From positions 52,690 through 116,689 of the forward strand of contig PAPB01000004.1 of assembly GCA_002708715.1 (NCBI GenBank): a DNA stretch of 64,000 nucleotides, written 5' to 3'. The DNA comes from Fidelibacterota bacterium. GTDB lineage: Bacteria; Fidelibacterota; Marinisomatia; Marinisomatales; UBA1611. Every line of letters starts with the position of its first letter. Position 1 is the stretch's first letter. Position numbers and translations under genes: made by a program. This document shows positions 38,886 through 49,730 of this stretch, piece by piece. The notes beneath the pieces are model-generated. The model searched no databases. It was not told the DNA's origin and was given only the letters and a program-made list of their open reading frames with translations.

Positions 38886-39728
38886 TTACTTTATGATTGG
38901 ATGGGCTATAAAGGTCTGGTAGGATGACATTAACACTGACTTAGCAGAAATAGCTTTTGCATCATCGTCAAATACCCCAAACACAGTCGAGCCTGATCCC
39001 GACAAACTGGAAAAAAAAGCACCTTCTTTTAAAAGAGCATTTTTTATTAGTCCAATCTCTGGATATGCTGGAACAATAATTTTTTCAAAATCATTCTCAA
39101 AAAACTCAAAAAGAACATTGTCTTTTTCAATAAAGTCGGCAAAGTTAATCACTTCCGCACTACTCTCCAAAAATAAATTAAATTTTTTATATGCCCATTT
39201 AGTATCAATTTGAATTTTTGGGATAACTAATAAATAGGTTCCCTTTAAAAAATTATCTAAAGAAGACAATCTGTCACCAATCCCATTACCTATCTGACAA
39301 CCTCCATTTATAAAAAAAGGAACATCCGCCCCTAATAAAGAACCTATACTACATAAATCCTCTTTTGATAAATTTAAATCATATAAAGCAGATAATCCTT
39401 TTAATACCGTAGCTGCATTAGAAGATCCACCACCTAAACCACTTCCAGGTGGAATATTTTTTTGAAGTTGAATTAAAACACCATCAATATCATAATTCCT
39501 CAAAATATATCTCCAAGCACGAACACATAAGTTTGATTCATCATTCCTTAACCATTTAACGTTTGATGAAAATGTACAACCTGAATGCATCTTTTTCAAT
39601 AATAGCACATCATGAAAGTCAACCTCTTGAAATAATGTATGAATATTATGAAATCCATCTTTTCTTTTATTAATTACCTTTAAACCAATATTAACCTTTG
39701 CAAAAGATTTTAATTTAATTTCATCCAT
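38886..39728 (-). CDS. ispE: 4-diphosphocytidyl-2-C-methyl-D-erythritol kinase
   Basis: 'AKVNIGLKV...R.DG.H', GHMP kinase motif 'IPPGSGLGGGSSNAA'. Confidence 0.9.
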   Translation of the reverse strand: MDEIKLKSFAKVNIGLKVINKRKDGFHNIHTLFQEVDFHDVLLLKKMHSGCTFSSNVKWLRNDESNLCVRAWRYILRNYDIDGVLIQLQKNIPPGSGLGGGSSNAATVLKGLSALYDLNLSKEDLCSIGSLLGADVPFFINGGCQIGNGIGDRLSSLDNFLKGTYLLVIPKIQIDTKWAYKKFNLFLESSAEVINFADFIEKDNVLFEFFENDFEKIIVPAYPEIGLIKNALLKEGAFFSSLSGSGSTVFGVFDDDAKAISAKSVLMSSYQTFIAHPIIK

Positions 39729-39731
39729 TTA

Positions 39732-40208
39732 TTAATCATCTGATAATGTTACAATAGCAATCGAAGACCAACCTTCCGAAATACCTATAGAACCAAGACC
39801 GTCTGTAGTTGTAGCTTTTACTGAAATTTGGGTTGGAGACAATTTCATTATTAAAGATAAATTGTTTATTATTTTAGATATATAATCTGCAATTAATGGG
39901 CTTTGCAAAACTATTGTACTATCAATATTATTTATTTTATATCCGAACTTTTCCAACTCCTTAATAGTCTCTTTTAAAAAAACACTACTTGGAGACCCTT
40001 TCCATTTTTCATTATTACTAGGAAAATATTTTCCAATATCTCCTAAACCAGCAGCGCCTAACATCGCATCTATTATTGCATGAATAAGAGCATCTCCATC
40101 AGAATGACCGAGAGATATTAAATTCGAAGGAACAGTAATGCCACCTATAATAAGACCATTGCCTTTAATTAGTTTATGCACATCATATCCAATGCCAGCA
40201 CGAATCAT
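39732..40208 (-). CDS. ispF: 2-C-methyl-D-erythritol 2,4-cyclodiphosphate synthase
   Basis: 'GIGYDVHKL', 'GHSDGDALIHAIIDA.LGA..LGDIG..FP'. ATGA overlap with ispD. Confidence 0.9.
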   Translation of the reverse strand: MIRAGIGYDVHKLIKGNGLIIGGITVPSNLISLGHSDGDALIHAIIDAMLGAAGLGDIGKYFPSNNEKWKGSPSSVFLKETIKELEKFGYKINNIDSTIVLQSPLIADYISKIINNLSLIMKLSPTQISVKATTTDGLGSIGISEGWSSIAIVTLSDD

Positions 40209-40873
40209 TTAATTACACTTTCAGCTCTATACCAATCTAAAGGTGATGTTATCTTAAAATTATTAACATCACCATCTACAATAGCTATTTTAAAACCAAA
40301 AGATTCCATTAAAGAAGACTCATCAGTATAAACTAAATTATTTTTTTCAGCATATTTGAAAGCCTGTAAAATTTTTCTTTTCCAAAACACTTGTGGTGTT
40401 TGAGCTAACCAAATACTTTCACGATTTACAGTCTTATATACAAAACCATCTCGACAACTCTTCAATGTATCATAATTAGGAACAGCAACAATTGATCCAT
40501 CATTCTTCATACAAGAATTTATAGAATTATCAATTATTTTTTTTGATAAAAAAGGTCTAGCAGCATCATGTATACAAATTATTTCTGCATTGTTATCTGA
40601 AGCAAAAACACCATTTTTCACAGAATTCTGACGTATTTCAGCTCCAGTTACAACCAATATGTTTTTTTTACTTTTTATAGAACTTAATTCATGTTGAATT
40701 AAATCTTTTTTATTTCGTGGAACTACTAAAATAATTTCACTTATTAAATCATTTAATAAAAATAGCTTTAATGAATAAGTATAAAGTGGCGCTCCGCCCA
40801 ATAATTTAAATTGTTTTTTTTCTCCAAAACGGCTACCTAATCCAGCAGCTGTAATTATTGCAGACACCTTCAA
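40205..40873 (-). CDS. ispD: 2-C-methyl-D-erythritol 4-phosphate cytidylyltransferase
   Basis: 'AIITAAGLGSRFG...K', 'IHDAARPF', 'AVP..DT.K', 'QTPQ.F'. TTG (40873) or GTG (40867) start; no ATG available. Confidence 0.85.
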   Translation of the reverse strand: MKVSAIITAAGLGSRFGEKKQFKLLGGAPLYTYSLKLFLLNDLISEIILVVPRNKKDLIQHELSSIKSKKNILVVTGAEIRQNSVKNGVFASDNNAEIICIHDAARPFLSKKIIDNSINSCMKNDGSIVAVPNYDTLKSCRDGFVYKTVNRESIWLAQTPQVFWKRKILQAFKYAEKNNLVYTDESSLMESFGFKIAIVDGDVNNFKITSPLDWYRAESVIK

Positions 40874-40880
40874 CTTTTAC

Positions 40881-41933
40881 TTACACTATTATCATAGCAT
40901 CACCATAGCTTAAAAATCTATAATCATTTTTCTTTGCTTCTGCATATGCTTTTTTAATCAATCGTCTACCAGCAAAAGCACTTACCATCATAAGTAATGT
41001 AGATTGTGGAGTATGAAAATTAGTAATTACTCTATCTACCATTTTATATTCATATGGTGGATAAATAAATTTGTCTGTCCAGCCCCTTTTTGGTGTAACT
41101 TGAAAACCAGATATTGCTATAGTTTCTAAAGCCCTGACAGTTGATGTCCCAACCGCAATTATTTTTCGATGACGTTTTCTCGCCTGATTTATTGCCATAG
41201 ACGTTGTTGGTGAGACTTCAAAATATTCAGAATCCATTTGGTGACGATTTAAATCTTCAACTTGAACAGGTCTAAATGTACCAAGCCCTATATGAAGCGT
41301 AACGGTTTCAATTTTTACACCTTTTTTCTTTATTTTCTTTATCAAACCATCAGTAAAATGAAGCCCAGCTGTAGGAGCAGCAACTGCTCCTCTTGAAGAT
41401 GCATAAACAGTTTGATATCTTTTTTTATCATTTTTATCTGCATCTCTATTGATGTAAGGAGGTAAGGGAGATGTCCCAATTTTATTAATAATATCATGAA
41501 AATTTCCCTGATCATATTCAAAACGAACAACACGACCACCAGAAACAGTATTATCAATAACATCACACATCAAATTTTTTGTGAAAACTAATTTATTACC
41601 AATACGAACTTTCCTCGCGGGACGAACCATTACTTCCCATAAATCCTCCGATAATTCACGCAAAAGGAACACTTCTACTTTTGCATCAGTACGATCTTTC
41701 GTCGCAAAAAGACGTGCAGGAAAAACCTCAGTATTATTTACAACAAGTAAATCATTTTTTCTCATATAATCTACAATATTATAAAACTTCCTATGTTCTA
41801 TTTCGCCAGTATCTTTATGTACAACCATTAACTTAGAAAAATCACGTCTCGCTTCAGGATACTGTGCTATATTTTTTTTAGGAAGACGATAATTAAAATC
41901 TCCTAGTTTGTACTTTTTTTTCTTATCTATCAT
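40881..41933 (-). CDS. queA: S-adenosylmethionine:tRNA ribosyltransferase-isomerase
   Basis: 'F.Y.LP...IAQYP...RD.SKLMV', 'GAVAAPTAGLHFT', 'VTLHIGLGTFRPV', 'AVGTSTVRALE', 'F.F.SYGDAM'. Confidence 0.9.
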   Translation of the reverse strand: MIDKKKKYKLGDFNYRLPKKNIAQYPEARRDFSKLMVVHKDTGEIEHRKFYNIVDYMRKNDLLVVNNTEVFPARLFATKDRTDAKVEVFLLRELSEDLWEVMVRPARKVRIGNKLVFTKNLMCDVIDNTVSGGRVVRFEYDQGNFHDIINKIGTSPLPPYINRDADKNDKKRYQTVYASSRGAVAAPTAGLHFTDGLIKKIKKKGVKIETVTLHIGLGTFRPVQVEDLNRHQMDSEYFEVSPTTSMAINQARKRHRKIIAVGTSTVRALETIAISGFQVTPKRGWTDKFIYPPYEYKMVDRVITNFHTPQSTLLMMVSAFAGRRLIKKAYAEAKKNDYRFLSYGDAMIIV

Positions 41934-42952
41934 TTAAATAACCCCTGTTGGTCTTTAGTGTTTTTTATACCTAATAATTTATATGCTTTTTCTTGAGCAA
42001 CTCTTCCTCTAGAAGTACGCATAATAAAACCCTCTTTAATTAAAAACGGTTCATATACTTCCTCTATAGTAGAAACATCTTCGCCAATTGCAACAGATAA
42101 TGATTTTAATCCAACGGGCCCTCCAGAAAATTTATTAATTATAACTTCAAGAATTTTTCTATCCATTATATCTAAACCAATTTTATCTATGCCCAATTTT
42201 TCTAATGCAAATTCAGCTAATTCTAAATCTATTTTCCCAGATGCCTTTACTTGAGCAAAATCTCTCGATCTCCTTAATATTCGATTTGCAATCCTTGGTG
42301 TACCCCTACTTCTCCGTGCCAGCTCCATTGCACCATCATCATTAATATCGACATCAAGAATATTTGCAGAACGATTAATAATATGAAATAAATCTTCCGT
42401 ATTATAATAATCAACCCTAAGAACTACTCCAAATCTATCTCGCAACGGAGATGTTAAATTTCCTAATCGAGTAGTTGCTCCAATAAGAGTAAAAGGTTCA
42501 ATATTTAATTGTACATTTCGAGCACTAGGACCTTTGTCAATAATAATATCAATTGAAAAATCTTCCATTGCAGAATATAAATATTCCTCAACTATACTAT
42601 TGAGACGATGAATTTCATCAATAAAAAAGACATCTCTATGCTCTAGATTTGTTATCATTCCAGCTAAATCTCCAGCCTTATCTACAACTGGACCCGACGC
42701 ATGTCTTATGTTAACATTTAATTCTTTAGCAATTATATTTGCCAATGTAGTCTTACCTAATCCAGGTGGCCCAAAAAGCAACACATGATCTAAAGAATCA
42801 CCACGATTATTAGACGCTTCAATAAATAGTTTTAAGTTATCAACAAGATCTTTCTGCCCAATAAATTCATCAAATTTTGAAGGACGAAGTGATTTTTCTA
42901 TAAATAAATCATCTTCAATCGGGGTAGGATCAGTTATATGAATTTCTGTCAT
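41930..42952 (-). CDS. ruvB: Holliday junction branch migration ATPase RuvB
   Basis: 'LRPSKFDEFIGQ', 'LLFGPPGLGKTTLA', 'FIDEIHRL', 'IGATTR.G.L..PLRDRFG', 'GTPRIANR.LRR'. Confidence 0.9.
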   Translation of the reverse strand: MTEIHITDPTPIEDDLFIEKSLRPSKFDEFIGQKDLVDNLKLFIEASNNRGDSLDHVLLFGPPGLGKTTLANIIAKELNVNIRHASGPVVDKAGDLAGMITNLEHRDVFFIDEIHRLNSIVEEYLYSAMEDFSIDIIIDKGPSARNVQLNIEPFTLIGATTRLGNLTSPLRDRFGVVLRVDYYNTEDLFHIINRSANILDVDINDDGAMELARRSRGTPRIANRILRRSRDFAQVKASGKIDLELAEFALEKLGIDKIGLDIMDRKILEVIINKFSGGPVGLKSLSVAIGEDVSTIEEVYEPFLIKEGFIMRTSRGRVAQEKAYKLLGIKNTKDQQGLFK

Positions 42953-43052
42953 AGCTTAAAATCTATCTATATTATCTTAAATTCAGCCTAGAAGATACAA
43001 TCTGAACGCTATAACAAAAAGATATCAGAAAGAAAATATTATCAATATTATT

Positions 43053-45377
43053 TTATTTATCTGGAATTGACCTTTTAAGCTTATTTATTCGCTTATTACG
43101 ATCAAAAACAAAATGCAATATGCCATCCCAAATACTCTGAGGATCTAATTTTGACTCTGAAACAATCTGTTCAAAGGAACCACCAGTGCGCCAACAGTTA
43201 TCAAAATCTGGCGACAATGAATACTCTTCAACAATATCATTCTTTATCCAATTTTTCATTAATTTAATTGAGGTATTCGTTATAACCATAGAATTATTCC
43301 AATCATTTTTTGAAATTATATACTCTTTATAGTCTGATGATTGTAGCTTAAATAATCCCCAACTTATGGCTGCAACAATTTTAACATTGGGGCCCCTATC
43401 TTTTAATCTAGAAAGAATTTGCATCAAGGAATTGATAGGTGCAGTACCTCTTATAATTACGATACCTTCTTTTACACGATCTGCATCATAATTTTTGATA
43501 ATATAAGCACCTTTAGCGGCCTCTTTATAATGCGCTATTCCTAGCTTATTGCGATCAGGGATTATTATAGATGGTCTTGTTAAATGAACAGCAACTATTG
43601 AACTATCTTGTTTTAAAGCTGCAGATAATGTTGGTCCCACTTCATTATATTCCCAAGGATGAATATTTAATATAGATCCTTCTGGAAAGAGTTGAGTAAC
43701 ACCAGGGGCAAAAATTCCATAATGTGTCCTACTATCTTCAGCTGTTTCAGGTCCTGAATGCCCAACAACCCATATAACTTTTCCAACCTTTAGTTCAGAG
43801 TCTTGAGCTAGCTGACTAAAAAGCCGTAAAGGACCATATTTTAAATAACTAAAAGAACCATAAGTACTAACAGCACCATAAAAACCGTTAAAATCTTCAT
43901 AAGGATTATTGCTAAAGTTTACAGTGGCAGCACCAGCCATCATTCCTGCATTTGTAAACTCTGTAATTCCTTGGGGGAAAAGAGGACTATTAAGATTAGT
44001 CTCCTTATCATAAAAACCTTTATCCGGTTTACCATTATAGCCTTTAGCAAAACCTGCAATATTTGTTGAACCAGCTAAATCCGCACTCATAGCTAAAACT
44101 AAAGGACGTCCATATTCTTTTTCCGCAAGGTCATTAATATAACTGGCATACTTTGCAAAACCTTTTCTATTAGGTGCCTTTGTTCCTGGCTCAATAAAAA
44201 TATCATCAGGTAATGAATCAATACTAAATAAATCAGTATAAGATAACCTTTTTTTTGATGCCACGTTACAATCGTTAATCGTATCAGGTACAGAATCACC
44301 AATATTTACTAATCGATCAGATAAATACTTTACAAGATCTTTGTTTTTTTTCATTACAGAAAAAACGGTTTTAAACATAGATGTTGCTTGTAAAATTTGA
44401 CCTTCACGCATTTGACTTGGAGGATCGCCAAAATTTTCAAAATCTACATTATATTTTTTTGAAAAATCTTCTTTTGTTTTCCAAAACAAATCTGAATTTC
44501 TTTTATGAGGTGTACCATGACTTTTGCTATCAAATAAATAATAACCACGTCCTTTACGTGTTTTGCTATAAATAACTTTAGGAATGTTTTTTTCTGCATT
44601 ATCTATCAATAATTTATAATATGCCTTAACAAGCTCTTCCCAGTCTTCACCATCTTCTACACCTTCCACATGCCAACCATGGGCACCAAACCAATCTTTT
44701 GGGTTACCATATACTATTGAACTAAATGGACGACTATCAATACCATAATCATTCCAATCTAAAAAATAAATTAAATTACCAAGACCAAGACCCCATGCAG
44801 AATTAATAGTCTCATGACTAGCACCCGTTGTTAAACCGCCTTCACCTTCCATTGCGAAAACATTAACATTAGATGCACCTCCATACTTAAGTGCTAAAGC
44901 GGCTCCTGCTGCAAATGGAGATCCGTGACCACTTGGGCCAGTATTCGCTTTAAAAAATAATGTTTTACCTTGCATCTCTGCATGCCCAGGTAAACCACCA
45001 TTTTGCCTTAACATTAATAAATCTTCCCATGTGAGTTGAAAATCAACTCCTTTAAAACATAAATATTTTTTATCCTTTGTATCTAAATAACGTAATCTTA
45101 GCGCTTCATTTAATACTGCCAATGTTGCATAAACAACAGGATTACAATGACCTGCTACAAGAATAAATCGATCTGAAAAAATTTTCCCAGCCTCTCTAAT
45201 ATCCCATCTCATTGCACCAGAAAGCAATGTGACAACCATAGCATGCACTTTTGATCTAGAGCCACCTGGATGTCCACTTTGACTTAAATTCAACATAATA
45301 TCAATGCACTGATCAATTAAGTCTTTAGTTATTTCCCAAAAACCAAATGAATTTTTTAGTTTATTAAATGAATCCAT
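43053..45377 (-). CDS. Transketolase-family ThDP-dependent enzyme, atypically long (774 aa)
   Basis: 'SGHPGGS', 'VAGHCNP', the ThDP/metal motif as 'MEGEGG...(27)...LDWNDYGID', Pyr-domain 'GITEFTNAG', and 'GHSGPETAEDSRTHYG'. About 100 aa of extra sequence lies between the PP and Pyr domains. Confidence 0.7.
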   Translation of the reverse strand: MDSFNKLKNSFGFWEITKDLIDQCIDIMLNLSQSGHPGGSRSKVHAMVVTLLSGAMRWDIREAGKIFSDRFILVAGHCNPVVYATLAVLNEALRLRYLDTKDKKYLCFKGVDFQLTWEDLLMLRQNGGLPGHAEMQGKTLFFKANTGPSGHGSPFAAGAALALKYGGASNVNVFAMEGEGGLTTGASHETINSAWGLGLGNLIYFLDWNDYGIDSRPFSSIVYGNPKDWFGAHGWHVEGVEDGEDWEELVKAYYKLLIDNAEKNIPKVIYSKTRKGRGYYLFDSKSHGTPHKRNSDLFWKTKEDFSKKYNVDFENFGDPPSQMREGQILQATSMFKTVFSVMKKNKDLVKYLSDRLVNIGDSVPDTINDCNVASKKRLSYTDLFSIDSLPDDIFIEPGTKAPNRKGFAKYASYINDLAEKEYGRPLVLAMSADLAGSTNIAGFAKGYNGKPDKGFYDKETNLNSPLFPQGITEFTNAGMMAGAATVNFSNNPYEDFNGFYGAVSTYGSFSYLKYGPLRLFSQLAQDSELKVGKVIWVVGHSGPETAEDSRTHYGIFAPGVTQLFPEGSILNIHPWEYNEVGPTLSAALKQDSSIVAVHLTRPSIIIPDRNKLGIAHYKEAAKGAYIIKNYDADRVKEGIVIIRGTAPINSLMQILSRLKDRGPNVKIVAAISWGLFKLQSSDYKEYIISKNDWNNSMVITNTSIKLMKNWIKNDIVEEYSLSPDFDNCWRTGGSFEQIVSESKLDPQSIWDGILHFVFDRNKRINKLKRSIPDK

Positions 45378-45378
45378 A

Positions 45379-48213
45379 TTAATTAATAGATTTATTAAGA
45401 ATTTTTTTCAAATATTGACCTGTATATGAATTTTTTATTTTAATAATATCCTCTGGTATCCCTGCACCAATAATTTCACCGCCATTTATTCCACCTTCTG
45501 GACCTAAATCAATAATCCAGTCTGCTGTTTTTATGACATCTAAGTTATGTTCAATAACAATAACTGTATTGCCTCTATCTACTAAGCGCTGCAAAACATC
45601 TAATAACATATTAATATCTTCAAAGTGTAATCCTGTAGTTGGCTCATCTAAAATATAAAGAGTTTTTATATTTGAAACTTTTGAAAGTTCAGTTGCAAGT
45701 TTTATTCTTTGTGCTTCACCGCCTGATAATGTAGTTGCTTGTTGCCCAAGATGTATATACCCCAAACCAACATCATTCAAAGTTTCTAACTTCTTTTTAA
45801 TGATAGGTATTGAATCAAAAAAATTAAGAGCATCAAAAACTGGCATTTCAAGAATTTCATGAATTGTTTTTCCCTTGTATTTAATTTGCAATGTTTCTCT
45901 ATTATATCTCTTACCTTGACACACTTCACATGTTACATATACATCTGGTAAAAAATTCATTGCTATTTTAATTATACCATCACCTTCACAAGATTCACAT
46001 CGCCCACCTTTAACATTAAAAGAAAAACGTCCTGGTTTATATCCACGAATTTTTGATTCTGGGAGTTTAGCAAATAAATCTCTAATATATGTAAAAATAC
46101 CCGTATATGTTGCTGGATTTGATCTTGGAGTACGACCTATAGGTTTTTGATCTATTGCAACTACTTTATCTAAAAATTGATATCCTTCAATTGTTTCATA
46201 TGATAATGGATAAGCTCTAGAGGAATTCAATACTTTTTTTAACGCTGGTAAAAGAGTTTCATTAATAAGAGAACTCTTTCCACTACCAGAAACCCCTGTA
46301 ATAGTAATTAACCTTCCTAATGGAAAATCTATACTAATAGATTTTAGATTATTTCCTGAGGCTCCTTTAATCATTAGTTTTTTATCAGATTGGTTTCTAC
46401 GAATCTTTGGAATTTTTATCATTTTTAAACCAGATAAATATTTTCCAGTTAATGACTTTTTAGATTTTAATAATTCCTTAGGTACACCAGAAAATGTTAT
46501 CTCTCCACCATTTTTTCCAGCACGTGGGCCGATATCAATAACCCAATCAGCAGATTCAATTGTTTCTTGATCATGCTCTACGACTAAAATAGAGTTACCA
46601 ATATCACGCAAAGATTTTAATGTGTCTAATAATCGATTATTGTCTCTTGGGTGTAAACCAATTGAAGGTTCATCTAAAATATATAACACTCCCATTAATT
46701 GCGAACCAATTTGCGTAGCCAATCTAATTCTTTGTGCCTCTCCACCTGATAAAGTGACCGCAGAACGATCTAGGGTTAAATAACTTAATCCAACATTCAC
46801 AAGAAAAGACAATCTTTGCTGAATTTCTTTCAAAATTTGTTCAGAAATTTCTTGTTCCATTTTTGTTAATTTTAAATTATCAAAAAAACTACTTAAATCA
46901 TCAATAGACATTGATGATATTTGTCCTATATCATATTCATTGATTTTAACCGACAAGCTTTCTTTTCTTAATCTTGTCCCTTTACAACCAGAGCAAGATT
47001 TCATACTCATGAATTGCTCTATCCATTCTCTAATGCCCGAAGATTTAGTTTGTGTGTATCTTCTCATCAGATTAGGTATAACTCCTTCCCATCCGCCAGA
47101 GTAAGTTCCATTCCAACGCTCTGAATTATATTCCATTTCAATCTTTTGTTCACCAGTACCATAAAGTAACATATGTCGTACATTAGGAGAGAGCTTAATC
47201 CATGGGACTGTAAAATTAAAATTATAATGCCTCGCAAGACTTTTAAGCATACTACCATACCAATTACCTCTTGGCTGCTCTCCTAATGGAGCAATAGCGC
47301 CTTGTATCAAACTTTTATTTTTATCAGGGACAACTATATTAGGATCGATTTCCATATGTGATCCTATACCATCACATTTAACACAAGCGCCATATGGAGA
47401 ATTAAATGAAAACATTCTAGGCACTAAATCTTCTAAAGATATTTTACAATTAACACATGCAAAATTTTCAGAAAAAATGTGTTCTTTATTTGGCAATTCA
47501 TTTATTACAATTATACCATTACCAATTTTTAATGCTAATTCTACCGACTCTGTTAATCTTTCTTTAATTGAATCATTAATAATCAAGCGATCAACTACTA
47601 CTTCAATTGAATGTTTTTTATTTTTATTTAATTTTATACCATCTTCAATAGATACTACTTTTCCATTTACTCTTATTCTTATAAAACCTTCTTTTCGAAT
47701 ATCATCAATAATTTTTTTATGCTGACCTTTTCTTCCACGTACTATAGGTGCTAAAACATGCATTTTTGTATTAATTTTAAATTTAATTATTGAATCAACA
47801 ATTTGCTGAATAGTCTGTTTACTAATAGAACTTCCACATTGCCAACAAAATGGCCGTCCTATATGCGCATATAAAAGCCTAAGATAATCATGAATTTCAG
47901 TTACTGTTCCCACAGTTGACCTAGGGTTTCGCACAGTAGCTTTTTGTTCAATAGAAATAGCAGGTGACAAACCTTCAATCGAATCTAAATCAGGCTTTTC
48001 CATCAAGCCTAAAAATTGCCTTGCGTAAGAGGAAAGCGATTCAACATATCTGCGTTGCCCTTCTGCATAAATCGTATCAAATGCTAGTGAAGATTTTCCA
48101 GAACCAGATAACCCCGTTATTACAACAAGCTGATCCCTGGGAATAACAACATCAATATTTTTTAAATTATGTTGTCTTGCTCCTTTTAAGGTGATGAATT
48201 TTTTAGAGTCCAA
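45379..48213 (-). CDS. uvrA: Excinuclease ABC subunit A
   Basis: '[10 protein letters not shown]', two ABC modules ('[14 protein letters not shown]', '[10 protein letters not shown]', '[11 protein letters not shown]', 'YILDEP.(I/T)GLH'), and Zn-finger cysteines. TTG start; no ATG available. Confidence 0.9.
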   Translation of the reverse strand: MDSKKFITLKGARQHNLKNIDVVIPRDQLVVITGLSGSGKSSLAFDTIYAEGQRRYVESLSSYARQFLGLMEKPDLDSIEGLSPAISIEQKATVRNPRSTVGTVTEIHDYLRLLYAHIGRPFCWQCGSSISKQTIQQIVDSIIKFKINTKMHVLAPIVRGRKGQHKKIIDDIRKEGFIRIRVNGKVVSIEDGIKLNKNKKHSIEVVVDRLIINDSIKERLTESVELALKIGNGIIVINELPNKEHIFSENFACVNCKISLEDLVPRMFSFNSPYGACVKCDGIGSHMEIDPNIVVPDKNKSLIQGAIAPLGEQPRGNWYGSMLKSLARHYNFNFTVPWIKLSPNVRHMLLYGTGEQKIEMEYNSERWNGTYSGGWEGVIPNLMRRYTQTKSSGIREWIEQFMSMKSCSGCKGTRLRKESLSVKINEYDIGQISSMSIDDLSSFFDNLKLTKMEQEISEQILKEIQQRLSFLVNVGLSYLTLDRSAVTLSGGEAQRIRLATQIGSQLMGVLYILDEPSIGLHPRDNNRLLDTLKSLRDIGNSILVVEHDQETIESADWVIDIGPRAGKNGGEITFSGVPKELLKSKKSLTGKYLSGLKMIKIPKIRRNQSDKKLMIKGASGNNLKSISIDFPLGRLITITGVSGSGKSSLINETLLPALKKVLNSSRAYPLSYETIEGYQFLDKVVAIDQKPIGRTPRSNPATYTGIFTYIRDLFAKLPESKIRGYKPGRFSFNVKGGRCESCEGDGIIKIAMNFLPDVYVTCEVCQGKRYNRETLQIKYKGKTIHEILEMPVFDALNFFDSIPIIKKKLETLNDVGLGYIHLGQQATTLSGGEAQRIKLATELSKVSNIKTLYILDEPTTGLHFEDINMLLDVLQRLVDRGNTVIVIEHNLDVIKTADWIIDLGPEGGINGGEIIGAGIPEDIIKIKNSYTGQYLKKILNKSIN

Positions 48214-48426
48214 TAGTATAAATGATTATATAAAAATTATTTTTTTCATGTTCATGAATAGTTTGAAATTTACAAATTTATCAATGTATTCTTTAATCAT
48301 TATCTTTAATAGTAATAATTGTCCATACAAGATGAAGAAAGAAAAAAATATCAATGATTAAATTTTGATTACAAATATTTTCTTCTTGTTTTTCCAACTT
48401 AGCAATCTAAAAATTACAGTGTAATT

Positions 48427-48807
48427 ATGATCAATTTAACATCCTATCAAAGACTTATTGCTATAATCTTATTTTTCTTAGTACTTATTCCAAGCTGTAC
48501 AAAGGAAGACCCGACAAGACATCTCAATCTTGGAAATTGGTACTTACAACGAGGATTAGTAGATGAAGCTATAATGGAATTTCGAGAAGTTTCTCGCTTA
48601 TTCTCTGGAGATCAAAGCAAACTAAAAAGAAAAGAATTTAATATTTTAGGCACAGCACATTTAAAGCTTGCTATCGCATATACAAAAAAAGGGTGGTGGG
48701 AATATGCATTAAATGAAGCAAAACGTAGCTTTGAAATTACCCCGAATAAAGATTGCCATGATTTAATTGCCTTAATTGATGAAAAATTAGCATTAAAAAG
48801 CGAATAA
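48427..48807 (+). CDS. Small TPR-like protein, possible lipoprotein
   Basis: Signal sequence ending 'LVLIPSC' (an imperfect lipobox), followed by TPR-like helices ('LGNWYLQRGLVDEAIMEFREV', 'LAIAYTKKGWWEYALNEAKRSFEI'). Confidence 0.5.
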   Translation: MINLTSYQRLIAIILFFLVLIPSCTKEDPTRHLNLGNWYLQRGLVDEAIMEFREVSRLFSGDQSKLKRKEFNILGTAHLKLAIAYTKKGWWEYALNEAKRSFEITPNKDCHDLIALIDEKLALKSE

Positions 48808-48821
48808 TATTTTTTTAAAAA

Positions 48822-49604
48822 TTAGATCGTCCCAGATCTAGATTCTCCACCATCACAATAAATAATAGAACAATTTATAAAATCAGCCTCAGATCGCAAA
48901 AGCATTGATACTGTATTCGCAACATCATCTGGAGTTGTGGTCCTTCTCATAGGATTTCTTTTTTTCGTATTATCAACCCAACTTTCCCAATTTTCTGTAA
49001 TTTTTGTTAAAGCCCTTGTTGGCGTAACACCCGCTTGAATTGCATTAGCAGTAATCCCTTCAACACCTAATTCCCACCCAATCTGTCTAATTATAGCCTC
49101 CATTGCAACTTTTGCGACACTAACAGGACCATACCCTTCCATTGCCAAATAATTACCTTCACTAGTAAGACCAAGAATTCTTGACCCTTGAGATAATAGT
49201 TTTGCATTATATAATCTCTGTGTCCAATAAAGTAAAGAATTTCCCATAACATGAACAGTCATATCCATTTGTCTTTGAGTTACAGGTTTTGTACCAAAAA
49301 AATTCGTCGTTGTACCAAACGCAATAGAATGTAAAAGAAGTTTTATAGGTTCCCCTTTAGTAATATCCTTAATTTTTGGAATGTATTTATCCATTGAGTC
49401 CTCTGAAGCGGCATTTGTATTAAAATAATAACATTTTCCTTGGGAAATTTTCTCTACATCTTTGATAGTTTTACTTGCTATTTTTTTTGCTTCTCCACGA
49501 TCAAAATGAAATGCAATAATACCAAAACCATCTGAAGCTAATCGTCTTGCTGTTGCCGCTCCATGGCCTGTTGAACCACCTAACAATAAAACCCATTTCG
49601 ACAT
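48822..49604 (-). CDS. SDR-type enoyl-ACP reductase, FabL/FabI-like
   Basis: 'LLLGGSTGHGAA' dinucleotide fold. Y-x6-K signature 'YGPVSVAKVAMEA', which is enoyl-reductase spacing rather than the classical YxxxK. Collinear with B. subtilis FabL by eye. The ATG at 49604 lies 5 nt after AGGAG, and the track's GTG at 49610 sits inside the SD region. Confidence 0.65.
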   Translation of the reverse strand: MSKWVLLLGGSTGHGAATARRLASDGFGIIAFHFDRGEAKKIASKTIKDVEKISQGKCYYFNTNAASEDSMDKYIPKIKDITKGEPIKLLLHSIAFGTTTNFFGTKPVTQRQMDMTVHVMGNSLLYWTQRLYNAKLLSQGSRILGLTSEGNYLAMEGYGPVSVAKVAMEAIIRQIGWELGVEGITANAIQAGVTPTRALTKITENWESWVDNTKKRNPMRRTTTPDDVANTVSMLLRSEADFINCSIIYCDGGESRSGTI

Positions 49605-49730
49605 TTTCACTCCTAATAATTGTTGGAATATTAATTAATAATTTACCAGAATATTTTTAATTTTGGACATTAAATCTCTAATAAAAAATTATAAATTTTA
49701 ACTCTCTGATTAATAAAAAAAACACAAGAC

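Noticed and set aside
43053-45377. The idea that the transketolase-like gene is the missing dxs of the MEP pathway genes in this window.
   Set aside because: Its length (774 aa), the SGHPGG...AGH N-terminal pattern and the three-domain layout look like transketolase rather than Dxs. This remains to be settled by phylogeny, so it is reported only as an atypical TK-family enzyme.
48214-48426. A LexA/SOS box upstream of uvrA, or a small RNA or peptide in the 213-bp uvrA-TPR spacer. Candidate elements: the TTCATGAA palindrome, the TTACAgTGTAA inverted repeat, and a 9-codon ORF.
   Set aside because: There is no CTGT-N8-ACAG or GAAC-N4-GTTC type box. The palindromes are short and AT-rich, the mini-ORFs lack an SD, and nothing can be supported without comparative data.
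49611-49730. AT-rich near-palindrome (AATATTAATTAATAATT) in the fabL-like/fabA spacer as a FabR/FadR-type operator.
   Set aside because: It is imperfect, and such A/T palindromes are expected by chance at this base composition. There is no similarity to known FabR or FadR boxes.
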